64,000 bases of DNA from Alphaproteobacteria bacterium (lineage in GTDB: Bacteria > Pseudomonadota > Alphaproteobacteria > TMED109): NCBI GenBank assembly GCA_965203385.1, contig OZ241893.1, positions 269,986 to 333,985 of the forward strand. Reading direction: 5' to 3'. A program made the translations under genes and the position numbers. Shown here piece after piece: positions 19,584 to 28,266 of the stretch. The notes under the pieces were generated by a model. That model was given only the letters and a program-made list of their open reading frames with translations, was not told the origin of the DNA and ran no database searches. Position 1 is the first letter of the stretch, and every line of letters begins with the position of its first letter.

Positions 19584-20183
19584 TCAGCCTTGACCGGCCG
19601 GTCTGTTAGCGGAATGCCGTTCGACGAACCGGTTCGTCGTGTTGTCAATTCGGCACGGCCAGAAGCATGGCGTCCAGCACGCGCTTCTCGCAGCTGCCGC
19701 CGTGCGGATAGAGCGTGGAAAGCGCGTTGGCACGACGCAGGAAGGACGATTCCTGCGCTTGCGGGGCGAACCCGGCTTCGTTCCCGCTGATATCAAACCT
19801 TGTCGAGGCAGTGGGTTGCCGCCGCTCAGTGGTTGCTCGCCATGGCAAGATGCAGGGGCCTCTCCGGTTCCAAGGCCGGTCTCGAAACGGCAAAACCATT
19901 CCCGATCCCGGTCGAAGTCGACGTGATCGGACAACAGCACGATGAAGGGCTCCTCGGTCATGGCATCGAACCGTGAACCAGCATCGTGTGCCGCGACGGC
20001 ATCCGGCTTGCCCATGCGGACTACGCGTGCAAACATCGAAGCGAACTTGACCCGAGTCCAATGGCTGACGGCCAGATCCTCTGCCAGCAGACCCTCAAAG
20101 AGTCTTGCGATCGGATCGCTGGTGGCTTCCGGAAGCACGAGAGGAACGAGGAAACTGGTGTCGAAATAGCGCATTCGAACCAT
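19584..20183 (-). pseudogene. vapC: PIN-domain VapC-like toxin, 3' half out of frame
   Basis: The N-terminus MRYFDTSFLVPLVLPEATS is typical of VapC. After about 100 aa the PIN-like sequence (PLHLAMASNH) continues only in another frame and contains a stop. Confidence 0.55.
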
Positions 20184-20192
20184 CCGCCGACA

Positions 20193-20440
20193 TCAGAAGC
20201 GTTGTTCGTCCCGAACCTCGCGCAGCAACTCGGCTGAGAGAGGAAGCAACCGCTCACGGCCGCCCGAAATTCCGCCGGCGCCCGCCGCCGCAGCGGTTTC
20301 TTGAAGCGGACGGCAGCAGACCCGTGCGCCACGGCTTTGCCGCGGCGGGCGATAACCACCCCCTGACCGGCCTCCATCTTGCCGAGGAGTTCCCTGAGAC
20401 ACGCTTTGGCCTGGACCAGCTTGACTGTCACCATGACCAT
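20193..20440 (-). pseudogene. Phd/YefM-type antitoxin, frameshifted
   Basis: The N-terminus MVTVKLVQAKACLRELLGKMEAGQGVVIARRGKAVA lies in one frame. The C-terminus LPLSAELLREVRDEQRF lies in another (ORF 20193..20402). Confidence 0.5.
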
Positions 20441-20813
20441 CTCACGTCGTCATGCATAGGATCACATGATAGCCATCTCCGCAATACAAGGACGCCGCCG
20501 GTCTCGCCGTCCCCACTCGGGCGGGGAAGGCGGCGTGGTCTTCGGCCGATTCGAAAACCCCGGCACTCCGATCCTCATGTTCTCGGCGCTCAATACGCCA
20601 TGCCCACACAAATCCCTACCGACGCCTCGCCTTGATCCCCTGTAACTGACCCGCAAACACCGGTACCAGCTTGCCTGGCGCACCGAATCTCCATGGCGGG
20701 CGGGGCGGCCCATCAAGTACCAAATGGCCGGCCCCGAAACTACCTCGCCACCGTTTCCAGGTGGGCAGCCAGGCCATCCCGAGGCCCGGGCGGCCGGGCG
20801 CAAATCATGCCTT

Positions 20814-21797
20814 TCAGATCGAAGCCCCCTGCCAGGTGCTTTCCCGCACCGGTCGCGCTTTCCCCAGCTTGACCACGAGCGAGGGCGAAAGCGTTTCGTT
20901 GTCCAGCACCAACTCTTGATTCGTTGCATTCGCGTGCCGGGTAACGCTCGAGAGTTTCCGCAATTTCTCGCTGCCGGCCACGGCGTGCGCATCTCCACCG
21001 TAGTAGTCGAACCACGGCAGACCAAGATCGTTGTACTGCCGCGCGGTCGGCGGTTCGGTCGGAGGCCGCTCGCCGGTGACCGCCATCCACTGGGTGGTAT
21101 TCAGCAACGAGACAAAGCAGCGGCTGCTGTGCCGCTGGTCCCAGGCCGCGAGGTCATGAGGATCATCGTAGACCTCCTGCTCCATCCGCCCGCCCGGCGC
21201 GACGCCCATATCGCACATGTCAGGTACGCAGCAATAAAAATAGCTGACGGCGTCTTCCCGTTCCCTGTTGTAGCGCTCGGCCTTCATGGGGTAGACCAGC
21301 AACTGAACACCGCCGTGGATCCCGGCGCCGGTCAGCTGCTCCTCGACGGTGTAGCCCTTTCCGAGCGGCATGGAGACAAACTGGCGAATCACCCCTTTCT
21401 CGACGCAATAGCCATCAAGCCAGGGCTGGTCGGGCAGCACCACGTAATCCTGCGGATCCTGGTTCAGCCGGTCGACCCAGGGATCGCCCGTAATCGCACA
21501 GATCTTTCCGGTCGCGACCTTCACCGCGAACGGATACTCCGATTCGAAGTTGATCCACATCGCCTCGGCCTGGTGCATGGGAGCGATCACGCCACCCCGT
21601 TCACGCCACGCTTCCGGCAGGCGCGAAGCGTAGTCGTCGAGATGCCGCAACGGGAACGAACCCAGACCCGGCGGCAGGGAATAGTCGTTTCCGTCATCCG
21701 GAATGCGCAGGGTACGCTGAAATTCAATGGTGCAGCGCGCCTCGTCATGCACCTCCGGGAAACGGAATTTCAGACGGTTCTTCTTGAGTACGATCAT
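20814..21797 (-). CDS. conserved-looking hypothetical protein (327 aa), function unknown
   Basis: The ATG at 21797 is preceded by AAGGA and lies 9 nt after the stop of the upstream HTH gene. The ORF is intact with non-repetitive, globular-looking sequence (TLRIPDDGNDYSLPPGLGSFPL...AEAMWINF). Confidence 0.6.
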   Translation of the reverse strand: MIVLKKNRLKFRFPEVHDEARCTIEFQRTLRIPDDGNDYSLPPGLGSFPLRHLDDYASRLPEAWRERGGVIAPMHQAEAMWINFESEYPFAVKVATGKICAITGDPWVDRLNQDPQDYVVLPDQPWLDGYCVEKGVIRQFVSMPLGKGYTVEEQLTGAGIHGGVQLLVYPMKAERYNREREDAVSYFYCCVPDMCDMGVAPGGRMEQEVYDDPHDLAAWDQRHSSRCFVSLLNTTQWMAVTGERPPTEPPTARQYNDLGLPWFDYYGGDAHAVAGSEKLRKLSSVTRHANATNQELVLDNETLSPSLVVKLGKARPVRESTWQGASI

Positions 21798-21808
21798 TGA
21801 TGTTCCTT

Positions 21809-22162
21809 TCACCAATTGCCCTCTCGCACTTCGCGCATCAACCGCAACACGGCCTCGTCAGGGGCTGCCTTCAACTGGCGGATCAGATCCGAGAACAGAC
21901 GCGGCCGTTTGCGGATGATGTTCTGCAGGTCGGTGGAGACCTTGCCCGCAAGGGCCAGCATGACATCCGGATCCTCGCCCAGGTCCTGCGCAAGCTTTAC
22001 CGTGGTCGCTTCCGATGGCGGAGCCACCTCACCACGCTCGATCTTGCTGAGGTACGCCGACTCGATGCCGACGCGCCCGGCAACCTGGCGCAGCGAATAG
22101 CGCCGGTCTGTCTCGCGCAGTCGCTTGCGGATCGTGCGGATGGTGGGCCCAAAATGCGTCAT
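21809..22162 (-). CDS. XRE-family helix-turn-helix transcriptional regulator
   Basis: 117 aa. LRQVAGRVGIESAYLSKIERGEVAPPS is a classic HTH_3 signature. Confidence 0.8.
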   Translation of the reverse strand: MTHFGPTIRTIRKRLRETDRRYSLRQVAGRVGIESAYLSKIERGEVAPPSEATTVKLAQDLGEDPDVMLALAGKVSTDLQNIIRKRPRLFSDLIRQLKAAPDEAVLRLMREVREGNW

Positions 22163-22174
22163 GTGTCGTATATA

Positions 22175-22610
22175 TTACACACTACTCACTCCTGTCAAGG
22201 GTGCACCGGCGGAAGTCCGTATCGCCCGCCGGTGCGGTCGGGTGCACGGAAAAGTCGCCGCAAGTACTGTACGGCGGGAGATAGCGGCGTTTCTTTGTAA
22301 TACCCGTGAAAGCAGACCTTCCTGGTTCCCGTGCAGCGGACCGTCGGTTGCGTCCAGATCGAGCACGGTCTTCCCGGGCGGTTCATCAGGAGCCTCGATG
22401 AACAACTTCACCGGCAGCCAGTCCATGCCACCGGATCTGCCGCGATTTTCTTGCACCGGCCCCTTGCCGGTTTCCGGCCGCCCGCGTCCGGCACGCTGAT
22501 CTCGAGCCCGGTGTGCTCGACCCCGCCAGCTCTTGTTTCCGGTCACGTTCCCGGCGGCGCTGTTCCCCGATCACGCAAGTCTCCGTTCGACGACACCTTT
22601 GATTTGTCGT
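22175..22610 (-). pseudogene. IS1380-family transposase internal fragment (second, diverged relic)
   Basis: GEQRRRERDRKQELAGSST, LFIEAPDEPPGKTVLDLDATDGPLHGNQEG and FHGYYKE are spread over three frames. The fragment is collinear with residues of the element at 7485..8586 but diverged. Confidence 0.6.
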
Positions 22611-22648
22611 TGATCGACGACATGCGTACACTGTTGTCGTTCGACGAC
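22583..22648. promoter_or_regulatory. three inverted-repeat sites (TGTCGT-N3/6-ACGACA type) upstream of hipB, candidate HipB operators
   Basis: CCGTTCGACGAC at 22583..22594, GTCGTTGATCGACGAC at 22606..22621 and GTCGTTCGACGAC at 22636..22648. All three lie upstream of the ATG at 22661. Confidence 0.4.
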
Positions 22649-22660
22649 ATCGGATCCGTC

Positions 22661-22951
22661 ATGCAAATCAGAACCCCGCTGGAACTCGGTCTGGCCATCC
22701 GCGACCGACGTCGCAAGCTCAAGCTGAGCCAAAACGAGCTCGCGCACAAGGCCGGGGTCGGACGACAATGGATCGTCGCCATTGAGCAGGGCAAGCCACG
22801 GGCCGAACTGGGACTGGTGTTTCGCACCCTTGCCGCCTTGGACCTTCCGCTGACAATCCATACCGATTTTCGCCAGCTTTCGCCGAGCGACGACCTGGAG
22901 CCCGTCGATATCGACGCTGTCGTGAACGCCGCTCGAGAAGTTCAGAAATGA
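22661..22951 (+). CDS. hipB: HipB-type XRE antitoxin
   Basis: The ATG at 22661 lies in ORF 22331..22951. LSQNELAHKAGVGRQWIVAIEQGK is the HTH. Its stop overlaps the hipA start (ATGA). Confidence 0.75.
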   Translation: MQIRTPLELGLAIRDRRRKLKLSQNELAHKAGVGRQWIVAIEQGKPRAELGLVFRTLAALDLPLTIHTDFRQLSPSDDLEPVDIDAVVNAAREVQK

Positions 22952-23841
22952 CCGGAGTTCTTGTGGTCGTGGCCGACCGCCGGATCATGGGCGAGATTCA
23001 GCGCAACCGGCGGGGCCGGCTGACGTTCATTTACGATGACCGCTGGCGGTCCATGGATGCAGCTTATCCGCTCTCCCTTTCCATGCCGGTCTTGGTCGCC
23101 GAACATGCGCACGCCAGGATCGAGCCCTGGCTCCGGGGACTGCTGCCCGACAACGAAATTATCCTGGACCGCTGGGGGAAGCGGTTCCACGTATCGTCCC
23201 GCAACGCCTTCGCCTTGCTTGCCGCAGTTGGTGAGGACTGCCCTGGCGCCATCCAGCTGGTGCGGCCGGACCGGGTTGACGACGTGCTTCAGGGGGATGA
23301 CCAGCAAATCGAATGGATGACCGAAGCCGATATCGCCGGTCGCCTGCAGCTCCTGAAAGAAGATCAGGCCGCGTGGCGGATCGCGGGCGATATCGGTCAA
23401 TTCAGCCTGGCTGGTGCGCAGCCGAAGACGGCGCTCCTCTTCGACGGTCGGCGTTGGGGGGTACCGCACGGCCCGGTGCCAACCACCCACATCCTGAAAC
23501 CACCCGTTCACGGGCTTGACGGCCACGCTGAAAACGAGCACCTGTGCCTGACGCTGGCCCGGACATTGGGACTGCCGGCGGCGCATTCGGAAGTCCGCAG
23601 GTTTGCAGGTGAACCGGCAATCATCGTGGAACGCTACGACCGAATCAGACGCACCGGGTCCATCCGGCGCCTTCACCAGGAAGACATGTGCCAGGTCCTG
23701 GGACTTCCCCCGACAAGGAAATACCAGAACGAAGGCGGCCCCGGATATGCCGAACTGGGGGAAGCGATCCGGGCGCACTCGGGAAGTCCTGGCGAGGATG
23801 CGTGGACGTTCGCACGTGCCATCATGCTGAACTGGATCATC
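22948..23841 (+). pseudogene. hipA: HipA-family Ser/Thr kinase toxin, 5' part (298 codons), interrupted by IS21-family copy B
   Basis: N-terminal coupling domain, then FSLAGAQPKTALL, HILKP and LHQEDMCQVLG. The frame is broken after ..AIMLNWII. Confidence 0.85.
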
Positions 23842-24264
23842 TGTTGATGGCTGCGAAAAAGCGCGGGATTCTGGCGGTAAGCCGCGTTTTGGCCAGGATC
23901 GTTCCTTTTCCCATTGTACGGTCCTATTGGTCGAGTCGTACCGTGGGGTATCGATCGTGTGCGCCGGCCGGCGGCCGGATTTCCGTACTGTGTCGGAGTG
24001 AGATTCGCGCCTGAGGCAGGGGTCGGGCGCACGGCACCATTCGGGATAGATCGAGTGCGTTCTTGTCGCCGGTTCGGTCGGGCCGGCTTTGCCACGGCCG
24101 TGTCCGCGTGGTATCGCAGCAGGGAAGAAGAGAGCGATGCGGCGCCGGCACAGATTCAGCAAGAATCCCGGCGCCGCACCTGAACGAGCTGGTCACGGGG
24201 ACCGAACTCCCGTGGAGTATCCGGCATTTCGGCGTTTGGGTCTACCTCGCTCTCGGGCGGAGCG

Positions 24265-24705
24265 ATGTGCCAGACCGGACGCCTGTTCCCGTGCCAGCGG
24301 TGCCGTCGGCAGGTCGTGATCTGCCGGTCCTGCGACCGTGGCCAGATGTACTGCTCCCGGGCCTGCAGCGAGCGGTCCCGGGTCGAGAACCGCCGGGCGG
24401 CGCGGAGGCGCTACCGCCGCACCGAGCGGGGGCGCGAGACGGGCCGGATCCGTCAGCAGCGCTACCGGAGGCGTCAGGCGCTCCGGGCGCGCCTGGCCGC
24501 CCGGGCGGCGGCCGCGGGCACGGTCCGCGCCGCTCCTTCGGCCCCGGCCGGCGCCGCTTTCCGCCCAACCGTTACGGACCACTCTTCCGGACCCCGTCGA
24601 GAGCCCCTATGTCGGGTGTTTCCGGCGCGATCGAGGCGCGAATCCGTGCCTCGATGCGTCATCTGCGGTCGGGTGTGCTCGCACCTGGTGCTGGCGGACC
24701 CCTGA
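24265..24705 (+). CDS. Cys-rich, Arg-rich hypothetical protein (zinc-ribbon-like), copy B
   Basis: 146 aa, with 3 aa differences from copy A and no disruption. Confidence 0.45.
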   Translation: MCQTGRLFPCQRCRRQVVICRSCDRGQMYCSRACSERSRVENRRAARRRYRRTERGRETGRIRQQRYRRRQALRARLAARAAAAGTVRAAPSAPAGAAFRPTVTDHSSGPRREPLCRVFPARSRRESVPRCVICGRVCSHLVLADP

Positions 24706-24738
24706 TCGCGTCATGGAGACACAACGAGAGGCGATTTC

Positions 24739-26232
24739 ATGGCTATCGACGAGGAGATGCGGTCGACGATCGTGCGGCTGTCGCGGGCCGAGGGCTGGCC
24801 GGTCGGGACCATCGCGCGGCATCTCGGCGTACACCACGGTACGGTGACGCGGGCGCTGCGGGCGGCCGGCGCGGAGCGGCGGCCGCGGGCGAAGTTCATC
24901 GACACCTTCGTGCCCTTCATCCGGAAGCAGCTCGAAGAGGAGCCGCGGCTGCCGGCCGGCACGCTCTGGCGGCAGGTCAAGGCGCGGGGCTACCAGGGCG
25001 GGGAGGATCACTTTCGCCACAGCCTGCGCGCCCTCGACCTCCGGCCCGCCCGGCGGCCCGAGCCGTCGCTGCGGCTCCGCTTCCTGCCGGCGGAGCAGGC
25101 GCAGGTCGACTGGGCCGAGTTCGGGAAGGTCGACATCGGCCAGGCGCGGCGCCCGCTGATGGGGCTGCTGGTGACCCTCAGCTATTCGCGCCAGACCTCT
25201 CTCAGCCTGTTTTACGACGCGCGGATGCCAAGCTTCCTGCAGGGCCATGTCGAGGCCTTCGAGGCGTTCGGCGGTGTGCCCAGAAGGCTTCTGTTCGACA
25301 ACCTCAAGAGCGCCGTGATCACGCGCCGGGGCAAGGCCGTCACCTTCCATTCGACCCTGCTCGCGCTGGCCGCCCACTACGCCTTCGAGCCGAGCGCCGC
25401 CTGGCCCCGGCAACCGCAGGAGAAGGGGCGCGTGGAACGCCGCGTCCGCTTCGTGCGCACCAGCTTCTTCGCCGGCCGCGACCTCTCGGCCCCGCTCGAC
25501 GAACTCAACGCCGCGGCCCGGGCGTGGTGCGCCGGCATCGCCGCCGAACGGCCCTGGCCGGACGACGACCGCCAGCTCGTCCGGGACGCCTACGAGCGGG
25601 AAAAGCCGATGCTGGTGCCGCTGCCGGACGCACCCTTCTCGTGCCACGAGATCCGCCCGGCGCGCATCGACCGGACCTGTTACGCACGGTTCGATACGAA
25701 CGACTACAGCGTCCCGCCCGACTTCGCCGGAGCGACGCTGACCCTCGCCGCCGACCGCAGCACCGTCCGCCTCCTCGACGGTACCCGCGAGGTCGCGCGC
25801 CACCGGCGCTGCTACGACCGGCAGCAGGCCGTCAGCGACCCGGAGCATGCCCGGGCGCTGGCGGCGCGCAAGCGGCACGGCCGGGCCATGAGCCTGCGCG
25901 ACCGGCTGCTGCGCGCCGTGCCGCGGGCGGAGGAGACGCTCGCGCACGCCGGGCATCGGGGCCGGAACGTCACGTACTGCGCCCGGATCCTGACCAAGCT
26001 GCTCGACACGCACGGCGCCGACGAGGTCGACCGGGCGATCGCCATGGCGCACGATCGCGGGTCATATCACCCCGAAACGGTGCGCGCCATCCTCGAGGAG
26101 CGCCGCCGCCAGCGGGGCCTGCCGCCTGTCAGCCTCACCGACGCCGACCGCGACGGCCGCGGCACGACTCCCCGGGCGACCCGCCTCGACGCCTACGACC
26201 GGCCCGCCGCGGCTGACCCGGACGCGTCATGA
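24739..26232 (+). CDS. istA: IS21-family transposase IstA, copy B
   Basis: 497 aa, with 8 aa differences from copy A by my count. Confidence 0.9.
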   Translation: MAIDEEMRSTIVRLSRAEGWPVGTIARHLGVHHGTVTRALRAAGAERRPRAKFIDTFVPFIRKQLEEEPRLPAGTLWRQVKARGYQGGEDHFRHSLRALDLRPARRPEPSLRLRFLPAEQAQVDWAEFGKVDIGQARRPLMGLLVTLSYSRQTSLSLFYDARMPSFLQGHVEAFEAFGGVPRRLLFDNLKSAVITRRGKAVTFHSTLLALAAHYAFEPSAAWPRQPQEKGRVERRVRFVRTSFFAGRDLSAPLDELNAAARAWCAGIAAERPWPDDDRQLVRDAYEREKPMLVPLPDAPFSCHEIRPARIDRTCYARFDTNDYSVPPDFAGATLTLAADRSTVRLLDGTREVARHRRCYDRQQAVSDPEHARALAARKRHGRAMSLRDRLLRAVPRAEETLAHAGHRGRNVTYCARILTKLLDTHGADEVDRAIAMAHDRGSYHPETVRAILEERRRQRGLPPVSLTDADRDGRGTTPRATRLDAYDRPAAADPDAS

Positions 26233-26930
26233 GCGACCTCAGGAAACGGGCCGCCGCCCTCGGCCTCCGCGGACTGCTCGAACGCTGGGAGGAGGTCGGC
26301 AGCGCCGGCTGGGTCGAGGAACTGATCGCCAGCGAGGAACGGGTGCGCCACACCCGCAGCTACGACCGCCGCCGCGCCGGGGCGCGGCTGCCGGCCTTCA
26401 AGCCGCTGGCGGACTTCGACTGGACCTGGCCGCGCGACCTGAGCCGCGACCGCGTCGAGGCCCTGATGAGCCTCGCCTTCATCGAGCGGGCCGACAACGC
26501 CGTGCTCGTCGGCGGACAGGGCACCGGCAAGACCATGATCGCCGCCAACGTCGCGCACCAGGCGCTCCTGCACGGCCACACCGTCCGCTTCGAGAAAGCG
26601 CCGGAGTTGCTCGACAAACTCGTCGAGATCTCCTCGAGAAGCGAACTGCGCCGCCGCCTCGGAATCCTCGCCCGGCCCCGCCTGCTGGTCCTCGACGAGA
26701 TCGGATACGTGACCCTCAAGAGCCCCGCGGCCGACCTCCTCTACGCCCTCGTCTCGCGGCGCTACCAGCGCCGCTCCACCCTGGTCACCACCACGCTGGC
26801 CTTCGCCCAGTGGGACCGCGTCTTCCCCAGCGCCGCCGGCATCGCCGGCACCGTCGACCGACTGATGCACGACGCCGCCCTCATCACCATCGACGGTGAT
26901 TCGTGGCGCACCCGGCGCGAAGCCGGATGA
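26229..26930 (+). CDS. istB: IS21-family helper ATPase IstB, copy B
   Basis: 233 aa, identical to copy A. Confidence 0.9.
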   Translation: MSDLRKRAAALGLRGLLERWEEVGSAGWVEELIASEERVRHTRSYDRRRAGARLPAFKPLADFDWTWPRDLSRDRVEALMSLAFIERADNAVLVGGQGTGKTMIAANVAHQALLHGHTVRFEKAPELLDKLVEISSRSELRRRLGILARPRLLVLDEIGYVTLKSPAADLLYALVSRRYQRRSTLVTTTLAFAQWDRVFPSAAGIAGTVDRLMHDAALITIDGDSWRTRREAG

Positions 26931-27790
26931 CCTACGTCGACTTCGACGCGCTCAAGCGCCGGCCGCTCGAGGGCATCGCGGCGGACTGGGGATACGTCCG
27001 CGATCCCCAGGCCTCGACCCGCGCGAACCCCGTGCTCCGCGCGCCGGGCCAGGCGAAACTCGTCACGAAACTGTGCCCCAACGGACACTGGGTCTACTTC
27101 AGTACCCTCGATAGCGATGACCACGGTACCGCGATCGACTTCCTGCTCCGTCGCGGCCTCTCCTTTGCCGAGATCCGCGCCCGCTACGGCCAGCCCGCGG
27201 GCACCGCGCGCGACTTCCGCCGCCACTGGCACGCGGCCCTGCCGGATCCGGCGCCGGCCTGGCTGGTCGGCCGCGGCATCCGCCCGGAGACGCTCGCCGC
27301 CGCCCGCCCGCTGATCCGCCGCGACCGCCAGGGCCGCGTCCTCTTCGCCCACCGCGACCGCCACCGCCGCCTCACCGGCTTCGAGATCGGCCCGCCCGAC
27401 GGCGCGAGACGCTTCGCCACCGGCGGCTCCCGCAGCCTGTTCGCCGTCCGCGCCGGACACGCCGCCGACCTGAAAACCCTCGTCATCACCGAAGGCGCCG
27501 TCGACGCCCTCAGCCTGGCCCAGATTGAGCAGTGCCACCCCAGCCAGGCCTTCCTCTCCACCGCCGGCGCCCCCTCGCGCCGACAACGCGAGCAGATCGG
27601 ACTCGCCGCCCGCACCCTCCCCAACGTCCGCACCGTCGTCCTCGCACAGGACCACGACGAGGCCGGAGAGCGCCAGGCCGATACCTTGCGCCGCCAACTC
27701 GAAGTCCCCTCGCAGGTCGCGTTCCAGCGACGCCGTCCGCCCGAACACGCCGACTGGAACGACGTCATCTGCGCCGCCGCGACAGGCTGA
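26927..27790 (+). CDS. Toprim-domain / DUF3991-like protein, copy B
   Basis: 287 aa with ATGA overlap with istB. It has 7 aa differences from copy A. Confidence 0.65.
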   Translation: MTYVDFDALKRRPLEGIAADWGYVRDPQASTRANPVLRAPGQAKLVTKLCPNGHWVYFSTLDSDDHGTAIDFLLRRGLSFAEIRARYGQPAGTARDFRRHWHAALPDPAPAWLVGRGIRPETLAAARPLIRRDRQGRVLFAHRDRHRRLTGFEIGPPDGARRFATGGSRSLFAVRAGHAADLKTLVITEGAVDALSLAQIEQCHPSQAFLSTAGAPSRRQREQIGLAARTLPNVRTVVLAQDHDEAGERQADTLRRQLEVPSQVAFQRRRPPEHADWNDVICAAATG

Positions 27791-27886
27791 CGCCGCCGGA
27801 CCGCCCGGGCCGGCGGGGTCACGGCGCACCCCTGTGCCGACGGCCAGCCGAAGCCTGCGCGGCGGCCGGAAGTCCCGGTCTCCGGA

Positions 27887-27904
27887 CCCCGTTACGTAAC
27901 GGGG
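27887..27904. promoter_or_regulatory. 18-bp palindrome CCCCGTTACGTAACGGGG upstream of the 100-aa ORF, copy B
   Basis: Read directly. Confidence 0.4.
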
Positions 27905-27930
27905 CGCAAGGGATCAAGAAAGGCAACCCG

Positions 27931-28233
27931 ATGGCACTGTCCAACGCCGAACGGCAACGGCGCTTTCGTCAGCGCCGGCGCGAGGGTCAGTCACCGGCGG
28001 CGCGGCGCCCGCCGCCGGACCGGCGCTCGCGCCGGCAGCGGCTGCACGACGCCATCGACGCCATCATCGCGATCCGGGAGGAATACCGTGACTGGCGGAA
28101 CGCCCTGCCAGAGGCGCTGGAGACGACGGCAACCGCAGAACTCCTGGACCAGGCGATCGAAGCCCTTGACGACCTCGACCTCGAAGCCCTGGCAGAACAG
28201 GAACTGCCCCGCGGGTTCGGTCGCGACGGGTGA
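27931..28233 (+). CDS. hypothetical 100-aa protein carried by the IS21-family element, copy B
   Basis: Identical translation to copy A. Confidence 0.5.
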   Translation: MALSNAERQRRFRQRRREGQSPAARRPPPDRRSRRQRLHDAIDAIIAIREEYRDWRNALPEALETTATAELLDQAIEALDDLDLEALAEQELPRGFGRDG

Positions 28234-28254
28234 TGCGGGTACCCGCTGTAGCAC

Positions 28255-28266
28255 CGTTACGTAACG
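28255..28266. promoter_or_regulatory. 12-bp palindrome CGTTACGTAACG downstream of the 100-aa ORF, copy B
   Basis: Read directly. Confidence 0.4.
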
